Assembly (NCBI GenBank): GCA_024742665.1
Contig: JANSYA010000001.1
Location: 570,425-634,424 of the forward strand
Length of the DNA: 64,000 bases
Source of the DNA: a bacterium
Lineage (GTDB): Bacteria; Spirochaetota; Leptospiria; Leptospirales; Leptonemataceae
Direction of reading: 5' to 3'
Program-made: the position numbers and the translations under genes
Notes under the pieces: model-generated
Database searches by the model: none
Told to the model about the DNA's origin: nothing
What the model saw: the letters and a program-made list of their open reading frames with translations, nothing else
In this document: positions 45,958 through 55,514 of the stretch, one piece after another
Numbering within the stretch: position 1 is the first letter of the stretch
Layout of the letters: the number at the start of each line of letters is the position of its first letter

Positions 45958-48056
45958 TTCTGCTTCTGGTATTGCTGAGCGGGGTCTACCTGACCATCAA
46001 ATTCTTGCCCATTTTGCCGCTGGGATTTCTGTTCAAGTTCCCTTTAGTGGCGAAATCCCTGGTCGGTAATCTGGATCCCGGCCCCGCCGGCATGCGTCTG
46101 TCGCCGGGACGGGCGTGGGTTCTGGGATCGGCCTACGATTCGATCGTCGGCGCGGGGCTCGGCGCGGTCTTCGCTCACGCTGTGGCCGGACCCGGGGCGC
46201 TGGTCTGGATCATCGTCGTGAGCGCGCTGGTGGGATCGGTGACCTTCGCCATCGCGACAGTGGCGCGCACGGTCGCGGCGGGCGGAGTGACGCTGCAGCT
46301 GTACTATGCGTTAAGCGGCATTGCGATTCCGTTGGTCGTGCTGGTGTTGGTATCGCAGAAGCTCGCCTTCGCGTACGCCTTTCTGGGCGTCGGCTTGATT
46401 TTCTGGATCGGCCGCGGCGGCATTCCCCGGGCCGGGATATTCGCGCGCTATTCGTATGTGATCGCGGTGATAGCCCTGCTGGCCGGAGCGGTGCAGCTGG
46501 CTCTGGGCGTCGGCTTCGCGGTGCCGATCGCCATGAACCCGGCTGAGATCGCCCTGTTGGCGGTGCCCTCCGGGATGCCGGAGTTCTTTCGCATGGTTAC
46601 GGCGACGGGCGTCTTTTTTATTCTGAGCGGCGCGGGTTCGCTGCGCGTGCTGAGCTACGCGACTTTGAATGCGGCACCGGTTTCGCCCCTGGCATCTGCC
46701 CGGGTGGGGCTGGCCTTCGTTTTCGGGCCGCTGATTTCGGCGCTGATTGCCGTGGCGGTTTTCGCCGCCCTGGCTACCGGAGACGCGGTCGCGATTCTCT
46801 CGCGCCCGGAAGACTACTGGCTGCTGTGGACCGGCGTGATCGTCCTGAGTCTGTGCGGCCTGGTCGGTGCATACATGGGATCTGAAATCGGCGCGGAGTC
46901 GGAAGTGCGTCACGGCATCGCCGCCGCGCAGGATTCCGCCTACGGCTATCGTTTTACGAACCGGGGCCGCCTGCGGGCGATTCTGTGGAGCGCGGGCGCT
47001 TTCGTATGGCTGGGCGCTCTGTACCTGGGCGACGAAACGTCGGTGCTGCCGGCCTTAGTCCTGCCTCTGACGATCTACGTCACAATTGGTCTCGGAGCGG
47101 CAGCCGCCATCGCCGCGATTTTGTACGCCTATTTTCGTGCGAACTTCGCGACCCGGGCCCTGCGGGAGATCAAAAACGATCCGGACTGGCGGCCGCAGTT
47201 CGGCCGCGATTTACAGCTGCTGCTCTTTCATCTGCTGCCGACGAATCTGGTCAGCCGTCTCTTCGGCCACATCGCAGAGCTGAAACTTCCGAAGGCTCTG
47301 CTGCACCCATTGCTGCGCTGGTACGCGAAGACCTTTCGCGTGAATCTGGACGAGGCGGGCAAGCCCCTCGAAGAGTACGAAAGCCTGAATCTCTTTTTTA
47401 CCCGGGAGCTGAAGCCCGGACTGCGGCCCATTGACGGGCGCAAAGCCGGCGTGGTTTCCCCCGTCGACGGCGTGCTTTCGCGCTTCGGTCCGATCGAAAA
47501 CGGCACGTTGATCCAGGCGAAGGGCCTCGACTATCGATTGGAGGATCTGCTGGCGGGTTCCGAATTCGTCTCTCAATTTGAGGGCGGGCACTATGCGGTG
47601 ATCTATCTGAGCCCGCGGGACTACCATCGCATTCACTCTCAGCTTGGCGGCACGATTCTCGGCTACGACTATGTTCCCGGGCGACTGTTCCCGGTGAATC
47701 TGCTGGCGGTGAACGGCATTCGCGATCTCTTTCCGAAGAACGAACGCCTGACCACGTACATTCAAAACGAAGACGGCCTCACGGCGCTGGTCAAAGTCGG
47801 CGCCACGAACGTCGGCAAGATTACAGTCGTTTACGATTCCGCCGTCCAGGCCAACCGCTGGTTTCGTCAGGGCGCGCTGCATCGCTATCGCGATCACGAG
47901 CGGGTCAGCGTGGAGCGGGGCGGCGAACTCGCGCGCTTTGAAATGGGTTCGACGGTCGTGCTGCTCTTCGAACGCGGGCGCTTTCAATTCAGCGACCGCG
48001 TGCATGAAGATATGACCGTGCAGCTCGGGGAGTGGATCGGAACGATGCGGGGTTGA
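45894..48056 (+). CDS. psd: Fusion protein: N-terminal polytopic membrane domain (~430 aa, unassigned) + phosphatidylserine decarboxylase proenzyme
   Basis: C-terminal ~290 aa align with Psd: …RWYAKTFRVNLDEA…, YLSPRDYHRIHS, VNGIRDLFPKNERL and the self-cleavage site FEMGSTVVLLFE (GST motif). The N-terminal region is Ala/Gly/Leu/Val-rich with about 10 TM helices, and there is no stop between the two parts. Confidence 0.8.
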   Translation: MHSVRFYMNELLYFPESLVLAFLLLVLLSGVYLTIKFLPILPLGFLFKFPLVAKSLVGNLDPGPAGMRLSPGRAWVLGSAYDSIVGAGLGAVFAHAVAGPGALVWIIVVSALVGSVTFAIATVARTVAAGGVTLQLYYALSGIAIPLVVLVLVSQKLAFAYAFLGVGLIFWIGRGGIPRAGIFARYSYVIAVIALLAGAVQLALGVGFAVPIAMNPAEIALLAVPSGMPEFFRMVTATGVFFILSGAGSLRVLSYATLNAAPVSPLASARVGLAFVFGPLISALIAVAVFAALATGDAVAILSRPEDYWLLWTGVIVLSLCGLVGAYMGSEIGAESEVRHGIAAAQDSAYGYRFTNRGRLRAILWSAGAFVWLGALYLGDETSVLPALVLPLTIYVTIGLGAAAAIAAILYAYFRANFATRALREIKNDPDWRPQFGRDLQLLLFHLLPTNLVSRLFGHIAELKLPKALLHPLLRWYAKTFRVNLDEAGKPLEEYESLNLFFTRELKPGLRPIDGRKAGVVSPVDGVLSRFGPIENGTLIQAKGLDYRLEDLLAGSEFVSQFEGGHYAVIYLSPRDYHRIHSQLGGTILGYDYVPGRLFPVNLLAVNGIRDLFPKNERLTTYIQNEDGLTALVKVGATNVGKITVVYDSAVQANRWFRQGALHRYRDHERVSVERGGELARFEMGSTVVLLFERGRFQFSDRVHEDMTVQLGEWIGTMRG

Positions 48057-48150
48057 GAGCGAGAACCCGGTACCTGCGCTTTTGCTGTGATCAGTGAAGG
48101 CGCCGGCCCCGGTACCTGCGCGAAGCGCCGCGCGCGCTTTCGATATGCAT

Positions 48151-48182
48151 AAAAAAACCCGACACGTTAGCGCCGGGTTTTT
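48151..48182. terminator. Candidate bidirectional rho-independent terminator (A-run, short GC hairpin, T-run)
   Basis: aaaaaaacccgacacgttagcgccgggttttt sits between the convergent psd-fusion and 5S rRNA genes. The stem is imperfect. Confidence 0.4.
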
Positions 48183-48221
48183 GATGTCTCTTTTCAGAGA
48201 ATTTTAGTAACTATAAGTGCT

Positions 48222-48340
<119 letters not shown>

Positions 48341-48347
48341 AGGACAG

Positions 48348-48374
48348 TCAATACCAGGTGGGCCTGGAGGTCAA
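48348..48374 (-). promoter_or_regulatory. Candidate sigma70 promoter for the stand-alone 5S rRNA gene
   Basis: On the minus strand: TTGACC (plus 48369-48374), 15-16 nt spacer, TATTGA(c) (plus 48348-48353). The predicted TSS coincides with the mature 5S 5' end. Confidence 0.3.
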
Positions 48375-48419
48375 CTACAAACGGGTTATGAGCAGCAAAA
48401 AATACCCCTGAACTGAAAA

Positions 48420-48484
48420 AAAATTTCCGGGTATTTTGGGGCGATCTTGGCGGCGGGGATGGCTGCCAAATACCCGGAAATTTT
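48420..48484. promoter_or_regulatory. Near-perfect 18-bp inverted repeat (aaaatttccgggtattt(t)gg) with 27-bp spacer upstream of 5S rRNA
   Basis: Left arm 48420-48439, right arm 48466-48484. Lies 80-145 nt upstream of the 5S 5' end. Overlaps a dubious 104-aa ORF (48447-48761). Confidence 0.5.
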
Positions 48485-48808
48485 CTTTCAGGCGCCGGCC
48501 ATGCAGGCCATGGTGCTCGCAGCGCTGCCGCTATTCATAGTGAAGCTGGAGCAAGTCGTCCTGCTTCTGCGAATGGACCGGCCCCGCGAAGCTCGCGTAA
48601 GTAATTTTTTTAATTCAGCAAATCGATACAACGCGGACGCCGCCCGGCGAATGCTCGGCGCCGGCTTCATGCTGATGACTTATAACTCAGACGTCTGGCG
48701 CGATTCCGCTCCTGAAAATACTCCCGCGATTGCATCGCGCTCCCGGGAAACTCTTGCGTGAAAACGAAGGATTCGACTTGATTGGGCATCTGAACTGTCG
48801 GCGAGTAA

Positions 48809-50068
48809 ATGAAAGGCGATAAAAAAAAGAGCGAAGTGTCCACGGTCCTGAAGTGGTTCTGTTCTGAAGGCTGTACTCTGGCTTCGCCGATGGATATGCT
48901 GAACGGTCTGATCCAGGAATTGAATCGTGACGGTTTTGAGATTCGACGTTCGCATATTTTCATCCGAACGATCCATCCGCAGATCACGGTCGAAGCCTAT
49001 CGATGGTATCGCGAAAGCCACGTTACGGCTCACGTCTTAAGAAAATATCAGTACGAAAGTTTGTGTCAGAAATATCCCGGCGGTCAGGTCATCCGGGATC
49101 TCATGTCGCACGGAGTGCTGGAGAGCGAGGGCTTTCTGAATAGCCCCGTCTGTCGGGTCGCGATGACCGGCGAAGAGTTTCGCAAACGAATCCGCCCCGG
49201 CGATGAAGGATCCGATTTTCCGATCTTCAAGCAGTTGATCGCGGACGGAGTGACCGACTATCTCGTTCTGCCGATGTCCTTCAGTCTGGGAGTATTCAAC
49301 GCGATTTTTTGGGATACAGACAAAGCCGACGGCTTTGCTCGTTCGGAAATCAATGTGTTGCGCGCATTGATGCCTATGTTGACGAAATATTTTGAAGCGC
49401 ATCTGGAACGACAGACCGGCAGGGTTTTGCTGGCCGCGTACTTAGGGCAGCGCACCAGCCAGAAGGTGCTGGAAGGCAGGATCAAACGAGGCGACTCGGA
49501 AGAGATCGAAGCCGCAATCTGGTTCTCGGATCTCCGGGTTTTTTCGAATCTATCGAACAGCTATGAAGCCCCGGAGATCATAGAGTGGCTGAATAAATAC
49601 TTCGAGATTGGGGCCGACGCGGTGGAAGCGAATAAGGGCGAAGTGCTGAAATTCGTCGGCGACGCGGTGCTCGCAATCTTCCCGATATCAAAAGGCAGCT
49701 CCCGCGAAACCGTATGCGAAGCGGTGCTGCAATCGGTCAGCCTGACGCACGATGCCATGGCGCGCTGGAATCGTGCGCGGGTACAAGAGCAGCGGCCGGA
49801 GCTTCGTCACGGCGTCGGTTTGAATATTGGATTGATTCAGTATGGAAATATCGGAGCATCGCGGCGGCTGGATTTCACCGCGATCGGTTCGGCTGTGAAC
49901 CTTGCTTCACGAATCGAAGGTATGTGCGCCTCTCTCGGGCGACAGACACTGGTCTCTGAAGAGTTCGCGTCGTTTTGCGCCTGCGATTTGGATTTCGCGG
50001 GCGAGCATACGATCAAAGGTTTTGCGGAGCCGCAAAAGATTTATACTGTGGCGAATTCACACTCTTGA
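48809..50068 (+). CDS. Class III adenylate/guanylate cyclase with N-terminal sensor-like domain
   Basis: C-terminal CHD domain motifs FSDLRVFS, KFVGDAVLAIFP, GVGLNIGLIQYGNIG, AIGSAVNLASRIEG. The N-terminal ~200 aa are unassigned. Confidence 0.75.
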   Translation: MKGDKKKSEVSTVLKWFCSEGCTLASPMDMLNGLIQELNRDGFEIRRSHIFIRTIHPQITVEAYRWYRESHVTAHVLRKYQYESLCQKYPGGQVIRDLMSHGVLESEGFLNSPVCRVAMTGEEFRKRIRPGDEGSDFPIFKQLIADGVTDYLVLPMSFSLGVFNAIFWDTDKADGFARSEINVLRALMPMLTKYFEAHLERQTGRVLLAAYLGQRTSQKVLEGRIKRGDSEEIEAAIWFSDLRVFSNLSNSYEAPEIIEWLNKYFEIGADAVEANKGEVLKFVGDAVLAIFPISKGSSRETVCEAVLQSVSLTHDAMARWNRARVQEQRPELRHGVGLNIGLIQYGNIGASRRLDFTAIGSAVNLASRIEGMCASLGRQTLVSEEFASFCACDLDFAGEHTIKGFAEPQKIYTVANSHS

Positions 50069-50171
50069 GTTGCGTTCGCCGAACACGAAAGGCCTGAGCT
50101 AAGTCGAAGCCATAAGTAAAGCCGTACTCACAGGTCGCGCAAGGGCGGCGAACTCGTCGAATCGGGTGAGA

Positions 50172-51416
50172 TCAGAACTGGTTCCAATAACCCGCCCGAC
50201 TTACCGCGTCACAGAAGCGACCCTGCGCGCCAGTAGCGATCTTCAACACGAGCGGACTATTCGAAGGAATGCCGTAGATGAAACCGTTCGCCGCAAGCAC
50301 GCCGTCGTTCCATTCAAAGGCTCCCGCGCCGACGCCGTTGATTCGCTCGAAATTTTCCGTATCGGGATCGATAATCAAAACGTCTCCGGCCGTGTTCGGT
50401 ATCCCGTAGATGCGACCGTCGGATCCGAGCACGCCTCCCTGATAGCCGCCCGTCGTAACGCTGAAGGTGCTGGTCGTGTCTGTGAACGGATCGATGACAA
50501 GCACGCTGGTTTCTGAGAGCGGCATGCCGTAGATTTTTCCGTTCGGCGCCAGCACGCCGCCGGTCCACTTGCTGGTCCCCGCGCCGGGGGAGGCCAGGGT
50601 GTAGGTCGTATTGGCGACCGGATCGATTACGAGAATGGTCGCGGCGTCGCGCGGGATGGCGTAGATCTTTCCATTCGGCGCGAGCACTCCGCTCCAGTAG
50701 TCGTCGGGCGTGGCGCCGACGTGGGGAATCGTCGCGACCGTATTCGTCGCCGGATCGATCACGAGCACCGACGTCGTCGCGTTGTCGTTCGGGATCCCGT
50801 AGATCTTGCCGTTCGGCGCGAGCACGCCGCCCTTCCAATCCGAGGTGCCCGTTCCCGGGGCGACGATCGTCGTCGTAGCGTTGGTCGCCGGATCGAAAAC
50901 AAGCACGCCGGGCTCCGACCACGGAACGCCGTAGATCTTGCCGTTCAAGCCGACCGCGCCGCCGATAAAATCGTTTGCGCCGCTGCCCGGGGAAGGGATC
51001 AACCCGGTCGCGTCGTTGTTTGGATCGATGAGCAGAATATTCGCCTGGTCAAAAGGGAAGCCGTAGATCAGGCCCTGGGGACTCAGAACGCCGCCGTACC
51101 ATTTGTCGGTGCCGGCCGCCGGCGCCGCGAAGGTCGAGGCCGACGCCGGGCCGGTGCGTCCGAGTGCGGCCTGCGTTCGTAAATGATTCTCGACGAGGGG
51201 CCAGAACGCCGGCTGGATCAGCTGCTCCCGCGAGAGCAGACAGGGATCCGGCGCGTAGAGCGCGAAGGCCAGGGCCGGGTTGCACAGGCCGTCGCGCGAG
51301 TCGCATTCAAGCGACAGCAGATTGTCGCAGGACGGGCCCGCCAGTAGCGCAAGGCCAAGGCCAAGGGCGAGCGGCGTCAGGCGGCCAGGAAATTTTCGCA
51401 GGGATAAATCCAGCAT
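50172..51416 (-). CDS. Secreted beta-propeller-like repeat protein (hypothetical)
   Basis: Start at MLDLSL… with signal peptide (LALGLGLALLAGPSC). Seven or eight ~45-aa repeats with core W.GGVLAPNGKIYGIP and …VLVIDP.TNT. The ORF-track N-terminus beyond 51416 is probably not translated. Confidence 0.5.
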   Translation of the reverse strand: MLDLSLRKFPGRLTPLALGLGLALLAGPSCDNLLSLECDSRDGLCNPALAFALYAPDPCLLSREQLIQPAFWPLVENHLRTQAALGRTGPASASTFAAPAAGTDKWYGGVLSPQGLIYGFPFDQANILLIDPNNDATGLIPSPGSGANDFIGGAVGLNGKIYGVPWSEPGVLVFDPATNATTTIVAPGTGTSDWKGGVLAPNGKIYGIPNDNATTSVLVIDPATNTVATIPHVGATPDDYWSGVLAPNGKIYAIPRDAATILVIDPVANTTYTLASPGAGTSKWTGGVLAPNGKIYGMPLSETSVLVIDPFTDTTSTFSVTTGGYQGGVLGSDGRIYGIPNTAGDVLIIDPDTENFERINGVGAGAFEWNDGVLAANGFIYGIPSNSPLVLKIATGAQGRFCDAVSRAGYWNQF

Positions 51417-51893
51417 ACGGCGAATCAATATTGGAGCAAATTTCCCGGGCAATCCCCCGCCCCCGTGGGTGGTTAAATTGGCGGGGGCAACCCCGTACCA
51501 GGCGGCAGCCAGTCGGTTGAGCGCGAAGCGCGCCACGATCATAGCACAAAAAAGATTTAGCGGCAAGCGAAAAGCGTCACACCCGCATGCTATGATATGA
51601 TCGGGGAAACGCGCGTTCCTGCTGCCTGGTTTTATGTCGTGGCGGGTTATGGCCGGATTTCAAGAATCAGATTCGGATCAGTCGCAAATTGTTTTTCTGA
51701 ATTTCGATGAATTGTGTTCAGCAGCAGGGAGACCGCCGGCATGCGGTTGAGCTCGCAGAGGCGATCGAAGATTTGCGCGCGCGGGCGGACATCGAATGTC
51801 GACCGGAAAGCCGCTTACTCTGGAGATGCGCACCATACGATCTGCTTCTCCCGGTATTCCCCGGCAATAACGTCATCGGTTCTGGTCGCGACG

Positions 51894-52706
51894 CTACGCG
51901 GTTTCATCGCTGCGATCTTTCCCAAAGCATTGCTGATACATCCGCCGATAGTGTTCTCGATCCCCGCGGAATTCAAGGCGACGATCTTGAGAGGCGCAAA
52001 ACCGAATAAAGGGATCAAACTCGGCTCGCGTCCACGCCGGAAGTTCCAGTTTGTGATGCATGTCGAAAACGCACATTTCGAATGATTCCACCCATTGCTC
52101 TGCGTGTTCGCGAGGACTCAGGTTCTTCTGCGGGCGGCCGATCAAATCGATCCATTCGCCGCGGAAAAAATCGGCCGGCGGCGCTAAGTCCATATGAACG
52201 GAGTAGAACAGAGCCCCCGTGATCTTATCCAGCAGGTCGAGGGATTGCGACAGTTCGTTCCAGTAGTCATCAAATTTCGCGGATCGCAACCAGAGCATTT
52301 CCGATAAACACCGGCTGGAAAGCACTGGATCCTGATTCCGGTATACCGATTCGTATGCGTCTTCCAGGTAAGGCGCATTCTCTCGTTTCGAAAATTTACC
52401 GAAATTATAGACCGTGGCCGCTCGAACGGATAAGTTCGGATAGTCCAGCTTCGCCGCCATTGCGTCGAAGAAACCGGCGAGGCGCAGGTATCGATCGTAT
52501 CGCTCCAGGTCGCTGTTCGTCAGATCGGAACCGATCGCAATATCCCGCGCGAAGGTAATCGTGAAATTGTAGAATTCTGGATCGGTCGTCGATGCGGCCA
52601 GCCGGGTCAGTTCGGCGGCCAGTGCGTCCGCGCCGTAGTAATCGAAGACCTGCTTGAAACTCAAGTCGAAAGTATAATCCCGGATCAGTTTTTCAATGCT
52701 TTGCAC
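51894..52706 (-). CDS. Hypothetical protein
   Basis: 270-aa ORF, helical and Asp/Tyr/Phe-rich. No diagnostic motif. Confidence 0.3.
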   Translation of the reverse strand: MQSIEKLIRDYTFDLSFKQVFDYYGADALAAELTRLAASTTDPEFYNFTITFARDIAIGSDLTNSDLERYDRYLRLAGFFDAMAAKLDYPNLSVRAATVYNFGKFSKRENAPYLEDAYESVYRNQDPVLSSRCLSEMLWLRSAKFDDYWNELSQSLDLLDKITGALFYSVHMDLAPPADFFRGEWIDLIGRPQKNLSPREHAEQWVESFEMCVFDMHHKLELPAWTRAEFDPFIRFCASQDRRLEFRGDREHYRRMYQQCFGKDRSDETA

Positions 52707-52758
52707 GCGAACCTCAATGAGCCTTTGCTGAAGTATCGCCTCGCCGCGGCGCGCCCAC

Positions 52759-53238
52759 TCAGGCGTCTAAGTTGCGTTTGCCGTACACGAAGCGCCAGAG
52801 ATTCGCGAGCAGGCCGCGGCTGTTTTCTTCGCCGATGCGTTCGAGCAGGCGAGCCTGCGCCTGTTCCCAGAGGGGCAGCGCCCTTTGCAAAACGCCGTGA
52901 CCGAGAGAAGTAATGCGCACTGTCCGCTGGCGTTTGTCGTCGGCGGCGTGCGAATACGAAATCCACTCTTCTTTTTCGAGGGGTTTGAGATTTCGCGTGA
53001 GCGTCGTGCGATCCATCACCAGCAGTTCGGCCAGGCGCGTGATCGGCAGGTCTTCGTGGCGGGCGACCGTCGCCAGAATATGAAACTGAGTCGAGCGCAG
53101 TCCGGTCGGTTCGAGAATCGTATCGTAGTGTTTGGTCACCATGCGCGTGGCCTTGCGCATATTAAAACCCACGCAGGTGACTCCGACGCGTTTTAGCCGC
53201 CGGCGATAGACCTGATCTTCTCCAGTAAATAGGTTCAT
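52759..53238 (-). CDS. MarR-family transcriptional regulator
   Basis: Start at MNLFTGE. Winged-HTH region LRSTQFHILATVARHEDLPITRLAELLVMDRTTLTRNLKPLEKEEWI. The upstream-extended ORF (to 53334) is probably not translated. Confidence 0.75.
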   Translation of the reverse strand: MNLFTGEDQVYRRRLKRVGVTCVGFNMRKATRMVTKHYDTILEPTGLRSTQFHILATVARHEDLPITRLAELLVMDRTTLTRNLKPLEKEEWISYSHAADDKRQRTVRITSLGHGVLQRALPLWEQAQARLLERIGEENSRGLLANLWRFVYGKRNLDA

Positions 53239-53343
53239 TGTTTCATTATCCGCGGCGGGTCGCGCAACGCGGAGTGACGCCGGCCTCCACACGCGTCCGT
53301 CCTGGACGAGTGTGGAGGCTGCCGGACCCTCCATGGCCCGGCA

Positions 53344-53467
53344 ACGGCATCACCCCGCGCTCCGCTCCGCTGAGCCGCGAATGATTCAATGGCTCAGCGG
53401 CGTAGACGGCATCATCCCGCACCGCGCTTCGCTGAACCACGAATAATTCAACAGTTCGTGGAGTGTG
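53344..53467. repeat. Two tandem ~62-bp repeats, each containing its own short inverted repeat, upstream of marR-like gene
   Basis: Copy 1 (53344-53405): acggcatcaccccgcgc…gctgagccgcgaatgattcaatggctcagc. Copy 2 (53406-53467): acggcatcatcccgcac…ccacgaataattcaacagttcgtgg. Internal IRs are gctgagcc/ggctcagc and ccacgaa/ttcgtgg. Confidence 0.6.
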
Positions 53468-53481
53468 ATAAAAATAGGACG

Positions 53482-53518
53482 AAAAAAACGCGGCGTCGCA
53501 TCTGTTTGCGACGCCGCG
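53482..53518 (-). terminator. Rho-independent terminator downstream of the fadA-like thiolase
   Basis: Perfect 12-bp stem cgcggcgtcgca / tgcgacgccgcg with a 6-nt loop. On the minus strand it is followed by a run of 7 T (plus-strand aaaaaaa at 53482-53488). Confidence 0.8.
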
Positions 53519-53588
53519 GGGGGTTCATATTAGTTCGACAGCGCCGCCGGCATTTCTGCGGACGGCGCTTCCGTTCGAAAGCAGCCGA

Positions 53589-54812
53589 TCAGTTCTTCAA
53601 CTGCATGTTCTCGATTACGGTAGCGATGCCCATGCCGCCGCCGATGCACAGAGTCACCAGACCGTAACGTTTGTTCTGACGGATCAGTTCTTCGGTCAGG
53701 GTGCCGAGCAGAATCGCGCCGGTGCCGCCCAGGGGATGGCCGAGAGCGATCGCGCCGCCGTTGACGTTGATCTTTTCGTCCGGAATATTAAAGTTCTTCT
53801 GAACATACAGAACGACAGCCGCGAAGGCTTCGTTGATTTCCCACAGGTCGATGTCGTCGGCTTTCAGGCCGGCTTTTTCGAGCGCGATTTCAGAAGCTTT
53901 GACCGGGCCGGTCAGCATGATGGTCGGCTCGCTGCCTACAGTACCGATCGATACGATGCGGGACTTCGGCGTAAGATTGTTGGCCTTCGCCGCCGCGTCG
54001 TTGCCGATCAGGACGGTCGCCGCGCCGTCGACTACGCCCGAAGCGTTGCCGAGAGTGTGCACGTGATTGATCGCTTTGAGGTCCGGGTAGGTTTTCAGTG
54101 CGACCGCATCGAGCTCTTTTTCGCCGATGGTCTTGAAGACCGGGCCCAGCTTGGCGAGAAAATCGTAATTCGATTCAATGCGCGGGTGCTCGTCGTCGGT
54201 TACGACTCCGCCTTTGCCGTCGGGCACGCCGACGATCTGATCTTTGAAGATCCCGGCTTTGATGGCTTTGTCGGCTTTTTCCTGGGAGGCGACGGCGAAG
54301 CGGTCGACCTGCTCGCGGGTGAAACCTTCGCGAGTCGCGATCAGGTCAGCGGAAATGCCCTGGGGCACCAGGTTGTAGTGCTCGGCGATGACCGGGTTGC
54401 CGATGCTCATGTCGAGACCGGAGATATCGTCACCCATTTTCACGCGGGACATGGACTCCACGCCGCCCGCGACGACCAGATCCTGCATACCGGAAGCGAC
54501 CGCGCCGACCGCGTTGTTGATGGCCTGGAGGCCGGAACCACAGAAGCGGTTTACGGTGTAGCCGGGAACGTTTTCGGGCCAATCAGCGGCCATTACAGAG
54601 TAACGCGCGATACATGCGCCCTGTTCGCTGACCTGGGAAACACAGCCCAGAATCACATCCTCGACTTTCTCGGGGTTCAGCTTATTGCGCTCCGCGAGCG
54701 CTTTCAGGGTAAATCCCGCCAGATTCTGGGGGTGTTCGTGGGCGATATTGCCTCGTTTCTTGCCTTTGCCGCGGGGAGTGCGGACTGCATCAAATACATA
54801 TACGTTTTCCAT
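53589..54812 (-). CDS. fadA: Acetyl-CoA C-acyltransferase (3-ketoacyl-CoA thiolase)
   Basis: 407 aa. [17 protein letters not shown]-terminus, active-site Cys [12 protein letters not shown]-terminal CIGGGMGIA. Strong SD (GGAGGaaataATG). Confidence 0.9.
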   Translation of the reverse strand: MENVYVFDAVRTPRGKGKKRGNIAHEHPQNLAGFTLKALAERNKLNPEKVEDVILGCVSQVSEQGACIARYSVMAADWPENVPGYTVNRFCGSGLQAINNAVGAVASGMQDLVVAGGVESMSRVKMGDDISGLDMSIGNPVIAEHYNLVPQGISADLIATREGFTREQVDRFAVASQEKADKAIKAGIFKDQIVGVPDGKGGVVTDDEHPRIESNYDFLAKLGPVFKTIGEKELDAVALKTYPDLKAINHVHTLGNASGVVDGAATVLIGNDAAAKANNLTPKSRIVSIGTVGSEPTIMLTGPVKASEIALEKAGLKADDIDLWEINEAFAAVVLYVQKNFNIPDEKINVNGGAIALGHPLGGTGAILLGTLTEELIRQNKRYGLVTLCIGGGMGIATVIENMQLKN

Positions 54813-54855
54813 TATTTCCTCCGGTTCCTTTCGGTATTCTTCTTTTCCAAAGCGC

Positions 54856-54890
54856 GTGTATATGCACGCTTTTTATATGTGCATATACAC
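54856..54890. promoter_or_regulatory. Perfect 12-bp inverted repeat gtgtatatgcac-N11-gtgcatatacac in the thiolase 5' region (operator-like)
   Basis: Located 45-80 bp upstream of the fadA-like start. An AT-rich TATAT core lies within a GC-rich genome. Confidence 0.5.
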
Positions 54891-55236
54891 GGAAGTGGCC
54901 TGAGATTGCCAGCAAAAAATTCAGGAATGAGAAGATTCGATGTCGAAGGGATTCCAGGCGCGACGAACAGAGCGGCGCTGGATTATGTCGCATTGGCCCG
55001 GCAACTGCGTGAACTGCGGTCACAGCATGGCACCCGGGTCGGGAAAATCAGAGCCCGCCAGCGTCCGGGCCGAAGTGCGATATCATTGCAAAACGCCAAT
55101 CCGCATCCGTAGCAGCCCGGCCGGGCTGCGCAGGTCCGCGCCTGCGTGGACTCCCGAAAGCTGTAGCAAAATCAGACCTCAGAGAATTCTAAACAGGAAT
55201 CCGGGTCTGTGATGACCGTGACCGGGGGCGCGCCGC

Positions 55237-55455
55237 TTAGATAATGCCGCCGCCGATCATCAGGCGCAGGCCGCCGATGACGATCACCACGACGCAGATA
55301 ATCAGGCCGGTCTTCTTTTCGGCCAGCGCGCCGATAATTGCGCCGATGCCCGCCACGAAGAGGGCGCCCCAGTTGAGCCAGCCCAGCAGCGGAATAAAAC
55401 CGGGGAACATGAATACGGCGGCCAGCAGGCCCATGATGATCGAAATAACGTTCAT
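55237..55455 (-). CDS. Small hydrophobic membrane protein (72 aa, 2 TM)
   Basis: Gly/Ile/Leu-rich ORF with two predicted TM helices. Function unknown. Confidence 0.35.
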   Translation of the reverse strand: MNVISIIMGLLAAVFMFPGFIPLLGWLNWGALFVAGIGAIIGALAEKKTGLIICVVVIVIGGLRLMIGGGII

Positions 55456-55514
55456 GAAACGAAGATAAGCGCGGGCGGGTCCGTCTGCAACTGCCTTTTG
55501 TAAGTGTGGCGGCT

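Noticed and set aside
48447-48761. 104-aa ORF upstream of 5S rRNA
   Set aside because: It overlaps the 5S promoter/IR region. The composition is unconvincing and it shows no motifs; it is more likely non-coding leader/regulatory DNA.
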